From contig JAHJUV010000115.1 of NCBI GenBank assembly GCA_018828825.1, positions 1 to 50,603 on the forward strand: a stretch of 50,603 nt of DNA. The letters are read 5' to 3'. Of this stretch, positions 47,501 through 50,603 are shown one piece after another; position 1 is the stretch's first letter; each line of letters begins with the position of its first letter. The position numbers and the translations under genes were made by a program. A model generated the notes under the pieces. The model was not told the DNA's origin and made no database searches. It saw only the letters and a program-made list of their open reading frames with translations. Source of the stretch: Planctomycetota bacterium. GTDB lineage: Bacteria > Planctomycetota > Phycisphaerae > Sedimentisphaerales > UBA12454.

Positions 47501-48234
47501 CGGATGAGCCTCTTACAGCTTTCGTTTATTACAGTATCGAGCCAGAAGCGGGTTACCGCCAGTTCAGCGATGACGAATGGATGCAATTCGTAAATAACGA
47601 AACCCAAAAACTGACCGGAGCCGCCTCACTGCAAAGCTCCCTGCCGAGAGTTACCCAGATAGCTCCGTCAATCGGCGAAGAGGCAAAGACACGGGCAGTT
47701 GTCGCTACGGTATTATCTTTAATTGCAATTTGTACTTACGTCTGGTTCCGGTTTGGCACTCTCCGTTATGGCGTGGCTGCTATTGTACCAATCGCTCATG
47801 ATATTATTATCACAGTCTGTGCGGTTGTCGCCTGTACATATATCGCGAGCACAAATATCGGCCAGAAAATGCTCATCGGCGACTTTAAAATTGACCTTGC
47901 GATGATAGCAGCATTTTTGACAATAATCGGCTATTCAATCAACGACACTATCGTTGTCTTCGACCGTATTCGTGAAAGAAGAGGCAGACTTTCGACTCTG
48001 ACGCCGGAGCTTATTAGCCAGAGCATAAACCAGGTTCTTTCGAGAACTATACTGACATCGTTTACCACTTTCCTGGCAGTACTCATACTGTATCTTTTGG
48101 CAGGTCCGGCTATTCGCAGCTTTGCCTTTGCAATACTTGTCGGTATTATAATTGGAACTTATTCTTCTATTGCTATCGCCGCTCCGATACTTATACTCGG
48201 TAAAAAGTCAAAGGCCGCTGTCAATAAGCAGTAA
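44527..48234 (+). CDS. secDF: Fused protein-export membrane protein SecDF with enlarged periplasmic domains
   Basis: SecD motifs (GIDLAGGTSLIYDID, IGPSLG, six-TM bundle), then SecF motifs (DIEFTGGTSLQI, second six-TM bundle, INDTIVVFDRIRE). 1235 aa. Confidence 0.9.
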   Translation: MDRNVVRFGLIGVILLVIFAVAELYPLGETLKPGIDLAGGTSLIYDIDTTGLNENEIDNLAQKLVPILMKRIDPGNIQNIVMRPQGDTRIEIQVPLSSAETYRKRQVYDDALNALVKDNINIATIKRALTKEANERTELFAKFAGDNVERKGILDNLVSAYDTRKTAQQKRDDYKAQLDAIAEKLDKAGVNKEKLSMLAPGWDSMDPNEQELTINSIISEASSGQNKENRQQIEKYLATFKQWAEVVNELTRPETGLNAVYRNAEIALKDFNLNIETIVEVLEMPENSRNRAEFIAQFKTRFPSRTDKIDVLIAAFKEYRPLRGRIDGPQDVKRMLKGSGVLEFRILPMLNDGRSNREELITYAEALKTKGPKLASDYKYIWLEIENPKDSTWQTSESHQILIGMFADKYYVLASNQKEECMLKNSGKKPWKLQKAGTTADQLGKRAISFSFDEVAASLFYNLTRNNLERPLCITLDGFAVSAPNIRSAIRASGIIEGNFSQMEQMDMIDKLNAGSLPARLIEPPVSEKTIGPSLGIDNRNMGIKAGMIALGVVMCFMIIYYRITGIIACIALSLNILFILAMMAILRATFTMGGIAGIVLTIGMSVDANILIYERLREELDGGAGIHTAIANGFKRAFLTIFDSNVTTFIPALILYMIASEEIKGFAITLMLGIISSLFTAIFVTRIIFHLLLNWGIIRDKLTMMRIIRTPNINWMGQRPAFLLISVLLLAAGIFVFYNRDESTNSKYDIEFTGGTSLQINLKDSSPLERGEIENIIRQQGKKLNNPAIAAAKVYRVGDKESKLQYEITTIETNKTTVPVVFNAGQNQTVQGVTDAINKEQKTMRGRLTNLVITQDSADPQKFIITTNQTNTPIVSRILNKTFGETAVIGEPVVDETVTNAVKDAFAGKLEMLENLQPQIVSTQKVDNTMVDTYPELGEFLGGIKIEFTVQKAVTTNQMKQRFNDIRFKPDMQNLSWYQYRLTSPKLETAADEPLTAFVYYSIEPEAGYRQFSDDEWMQFVNNETQKLTGAASLQSSLPRVTQIAPSIGEEAKTRAVVATVLSLIAICTYVWFRFGTLRYGVAAIVPIAHDIIITVCAVVACTYIASTNIGQKMLIGDFKIDLAMIAAFLTIIGYSINDTIVVFDRIRERRGRLSTLTPELISQSINQVLSRTILTSFTTFLAVLILYLLAGPAIRSFAFAILVGIIIGTYSSIAIAAPILILGKKSKAAVNKQ

Positions 48235-48603
48235 ATGCGAAAAGACGTCAAGACAGGATTGCTCGTCGGCACAGGATTGTGTCTGGCTGTCGCGGTATGG
48301 TTTTGTATGCATCAGCAGGTAATAGAACAGCCGCGAATAAAACCTCTGTTGCCACAAGATAATATCGAAGCGGATATATCATCACAAACTACCCCTGCCG
48401 AAACTGAAAGAAAGGCTCATACCAGCAAAATAGATTCTCTAAGAACGCATATAGTCCAGCCGGGCCAGACTTTGAGCGACATCTCAAAAATTTACTATGA
48501 CACGACAGGGAACTGGAAGAAAATTTACGAGGTTAATAAGGAATCCCTTCCCAACGGTCCGGATACCATCAGAGTGGGAATGAAACTTGTTATTCCGGAA
48601 TAG
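48235..48603 (+). CDS. Membrane-anchored LysM-domain protein
   Basis: N-terminal TM helix and a C-terminal LysM (HIVQPGQTLSDISKIYY...WKKIYEVNK...IRVGMKLVIP). The ATG abuts the secDF stop (TAAATG). Confidence 0.8.
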   Translation: MRKDVKTGLLVGTGLCLAVAVWFCMHQQVIEQPRIKPLLPQDNIEADISSQTTPAETERKAHTSKIDSLRTHIVQPGQTLSDISKIYYDTTGNWKKIYEVNKESLPNGPDTIRVGMKLVIPE

Positions 48604-48610
48604 ATTGCGC

Positions 48611-49366
48611 TTATAGATACTTGGATGCCTGTTGGTCAATTAACCAGGTAACTTTGTGAAGAATCGGCCATAAAGTATGAACTGGATATTTGACTTCATC
48701 CGGCCCGCCGAGCAGTACTTTTTGCACTATTTCAGCTTTTTCCTCTCCGCTGACCATAACGATTATCTGCTGTGCGGCGCACATAACCGGATGGGTAAGC
48801 GTTATCCTGTTGAATCCCCTGCACATCTGATACACAACGGTTACAAGGTCTTCGGTGTCAAATACCGCGTATGAATTTGGAAGAAGCGAACCGATATGGC
48901 CATCCGGCCCCATTCCAAGCACCATCAGGTCAAATACCGGAAGCTGGCCCGGCTCCAATCCGAAAACATCTCTCAGCAGGCGGTCATATTCCTGGACGGC
49001 AAGGCTATAGTCATCTTTTTCACCGGTAATTCTATGGATGTTCTTTTTTGGAATTGGAACCGCTTTTAGAAAACTATCGGCGGCAAGTTTATAATTACTG
49101 TCCGATGAATCCGGACTTACGCACCGTTCGTCCACCCAGAATAATTCTATCTTGTCCCAGGGCAAACTAAGGCTTTGGCCGTCTGTGCCGAGAAGCTGGT
49201 AAAACAGCCGAGGAGTTTTCCCGCCGGATATGGCAACATGGAATACTCCCTTTTCCGATATGGCTTTCTGGGCGGCTTCTTCAAATAACTCAAGGGCTTT
49301 TTGGGCAAGCTGCTGGGAGTCCTCGACATCTACTATTTTGAGTTTATCGCTGTTTAATGTTTTCAT
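48611..49366 (-). CDS. pgl: 6-phosphogluconolactonase
   Basis: AISGGKTP motif, FWVDERCV and LGMGPDGHIGSL. Start placed at MKTLNSDK (49366) rather than at the longer ORF. Confidence 0.8.
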   Translation of the reverse strand: MKTLNSDKLKIVDVEDSQQLAQKALELFEEAAQKAISEKGVFHVAISGGKTPRLFYQLLGTDGQSLSLPWDKIELFWVDERCVSPDSSDSNYKLAADSFLKAVPIPKKNIHRITGEKDDYSLAVQEYDRLLRDVFGLEPGQLPVFDLMVLGMGPDGHIGSLLPNSYAVFDTEDLVTVVYQMCRGFNRITLTHPVMCAAQQIIVMVSGEEKAEIVQKVLLGGPDEVKYPVHTLWPILHKVTWLIDQQASKYL

Positions 49367-49585
49367 AATACAGCTCCTTTTGCCTATCAAGACCTCCTGT
49401 CCAAGATACGTACCCCCGGATAAATAGTTTGCCAAATTCCTCAGATTGTGAACCGTTCCGTATATATATATTATCGCTATAAAAACCGATAATAGCCACA
49501 AAATTTTTAAGAATTTGATAAACAGGACTGTAAAACCCCTGAATCTGTAAAGTTATACAAGATATAGAGTTGGGGTTAATATGCC

Positions 49586-50603
49586 TTATCTGGATTTAAA
49601 TCTGCCAAAAAATTGTTTAATATCTTCTATAACCATATAAAGCGATGGCACAAGAAATAGGGTAATCAGTGTTGCAAAAGCAACGCCGAATGCAAGACTG
49701 ATAGCCATTGGTATAAGAAATCTTGCCTGCAGACTCCGCTCAATGAGCATAGGAAAAAGTCCGAAAAATGTCGTCAGCGTCGTCAGCATTATAGGCCTGA
49801 ACCTCCTTGTTGCAGAGTCTCTGATTACCTCGGTCAGTTTAACGCCTTCTTGTCTTTCGCGGTTAATCAGGTCGATGATAATCAGCGAATCGTTCACCAC
49901 AACCCCGGCTAAGGCAACCATGCCGAACATAGAAAGGATACTTAAATCATACCCCAACAGCAGATGCCCCAGTGTCGCCCCAACTATTCCAAACGGTATC
50001 GCTGACATAACAATCAAAGGCTGGGCATAGCTCTTAAACTGCACCGCAAGCAGACCATATATCGCCAATAGCGCGATAAGAAAATTAGTTTTCAAACTTC
50101 CTAAAGACTCATTCCTTTCCCGCTGTTCGCCGGCAAATCTATACTGCAGCCCGCCGAACTCCATAGCCAACTTCGGCAAAACTTTTTGACGCAGCTCTTT
50201 GTTAATTGCCCCGTCAACATCGCCTCTGCCGACAGTTTCATCCACCTCAGCGGTAACAGTAACAACCCTTCTGCGATCAATCCTGTCAATAGTCGCGTAT
50301 CCCCTGCCGTATTTGACATCTGCAACCGTCTTGAACGGAATCTCTGTCCCGTCAGCCAGACGTATTCTCATATTTTCCACGTCTGCGATACTTTTTCGTT
50401 CAGCTTCCGGATAGCGAACCATAACACGAATATCGTCCCTGCCTCGCTGTATCCTCTGTGTTTCCTCTCCATAAAACCCCTGCCTGATTTGTCTGGCCAA
50501 ATCGGAAAGCGTTAAACCAAGCATTCTGCCGCTGTCTTTAAGCGACATCTGCAATTCTGTCTTGCCCGGCTCAAAACTGTCGGCAACCTCACTAACGCCT
50601 GCA
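49586..50603 (-). CDS. RND efflux transporter permease subunit, C-terminal part (5' end outside window)
   Basis: AcrB/CzcA-type C-terminal TM bundle (SAIPFGIVGATLGHLLLG..., VALAGVVVNDSLIIID, RRFRPIMLTTLTTFFGLFPM). The frame is open to the window end. Confidence 0.85.
   Translation of the reverse strand, partial: AGVSEVADSFEPGKTELQMSLKDSGRMLGLTLSDLARQIRQGFYGEETQRIQRGRDDIRVMVRYPEAERKSIADVENMRIRLADGTEIPFKTVADVKYGRGYATIDRIDRRRVVTVTAEVDETVGRGDVDGAINKELRQKVLPKLAMEFGGLQYRFAGEQRERNESLGSLKTNFLIALLAIYGLLAVQFKSYAQPLIVMSAIPFGIVGATLGHLLLGYDLSILSMFGMVALAGVVVNDSLIIIDLINRERQEGVKLTEVIRDSATRRFRPIMLTTLTTFFGLFPMLIERSLQARFLIPMAISLAFGVAFATLITLFLVPSLYMVIEDIKQFFGRFKSR

Noticed and set aside
1-50603. tRNA, rRNA, tmRNA, RNase P or SRP RNA genes in the intergenic regions.
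   Set aside because: Scanning the non-coding stretches by eye found no T-loop-like GGTTCGAATCC-type motif and no other conserved RNA signature. A tRNAscan/Infernal run would be needed to exclude them formally.

Overview
This window is mostly one long envelope-polysaccharide locus, flanked by housekeeping genes. No database searches were run. All product calls rest on motifs read by eye from the supplied translations.

**Layout**
- **~0.6-6.9 kb:** a divergent module. It holds a KamA-like radical SAM enzyme, an exported protein of unknown function, a PglC-type sugar transferase, a HAD hydrolase, an ATP-grasp ligase and a WecA/MraY-type transferase.
- **~6.9-34.6 kb:** a ~27 kb block of minus-strand genes.
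  - It encodes a GT-C (ArnT/PMT-like) transferase, an FAD oxidoreductase and a membrane-anchored WD40 protein.
  - It also encodes a GNAT, a secreted hydrolase-like protein, three GT4 glycosyltransferases and two hexapeptide acyltransferases.
  - A Wzy-like polymerase, a Wzx-like flippase, a DegT aminotransferase and several SDR epimerases/dehydratases are present too.
  - Nucleotide-sugar genes include ugd, a UDP-GlcA-epimerase-like gene and a complete wbpA-B-D-E set for a 2,3-diacetamido uronic acid.
- **~22.6-28.6 kb:** the block is broken by a rearranged patch, described below.
- **Right part:** hexokinase-family gene plus galE, a lipoprotein, xerD, polA, tgt, yajC, a giant fused secDF, a LysM protein, pgl and a partial RND pump.

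**The rearranged patch contains**
- a frameshifted, truncated wbpB paralogue;
- an IS5-family element;
- a nucleotidyltransferase (MNT) plus FN3-protein gene pair, present as one intact and one decayed copy;
- a four-helix-bundle (23S-IVS-protein family) gene. It lies in the same reading frame as ugd and the epimerase and is bracketed by inverted heptanucleotide repeat arrays.

**Other sequence-level oddities**
- A 10-14 nt GC-rich motif occurs four times around the galE start codon.
- The polA 5' end is duplicated around a tiny membrane-protein gene.

No rRNA, tRNA or CRISPR array was recognised by eye. The gene content (giant SecDF fusion, few Shine-Dalgarno sequences) suggests a PVC/Planctomycetota-like organism, but that is inference only.
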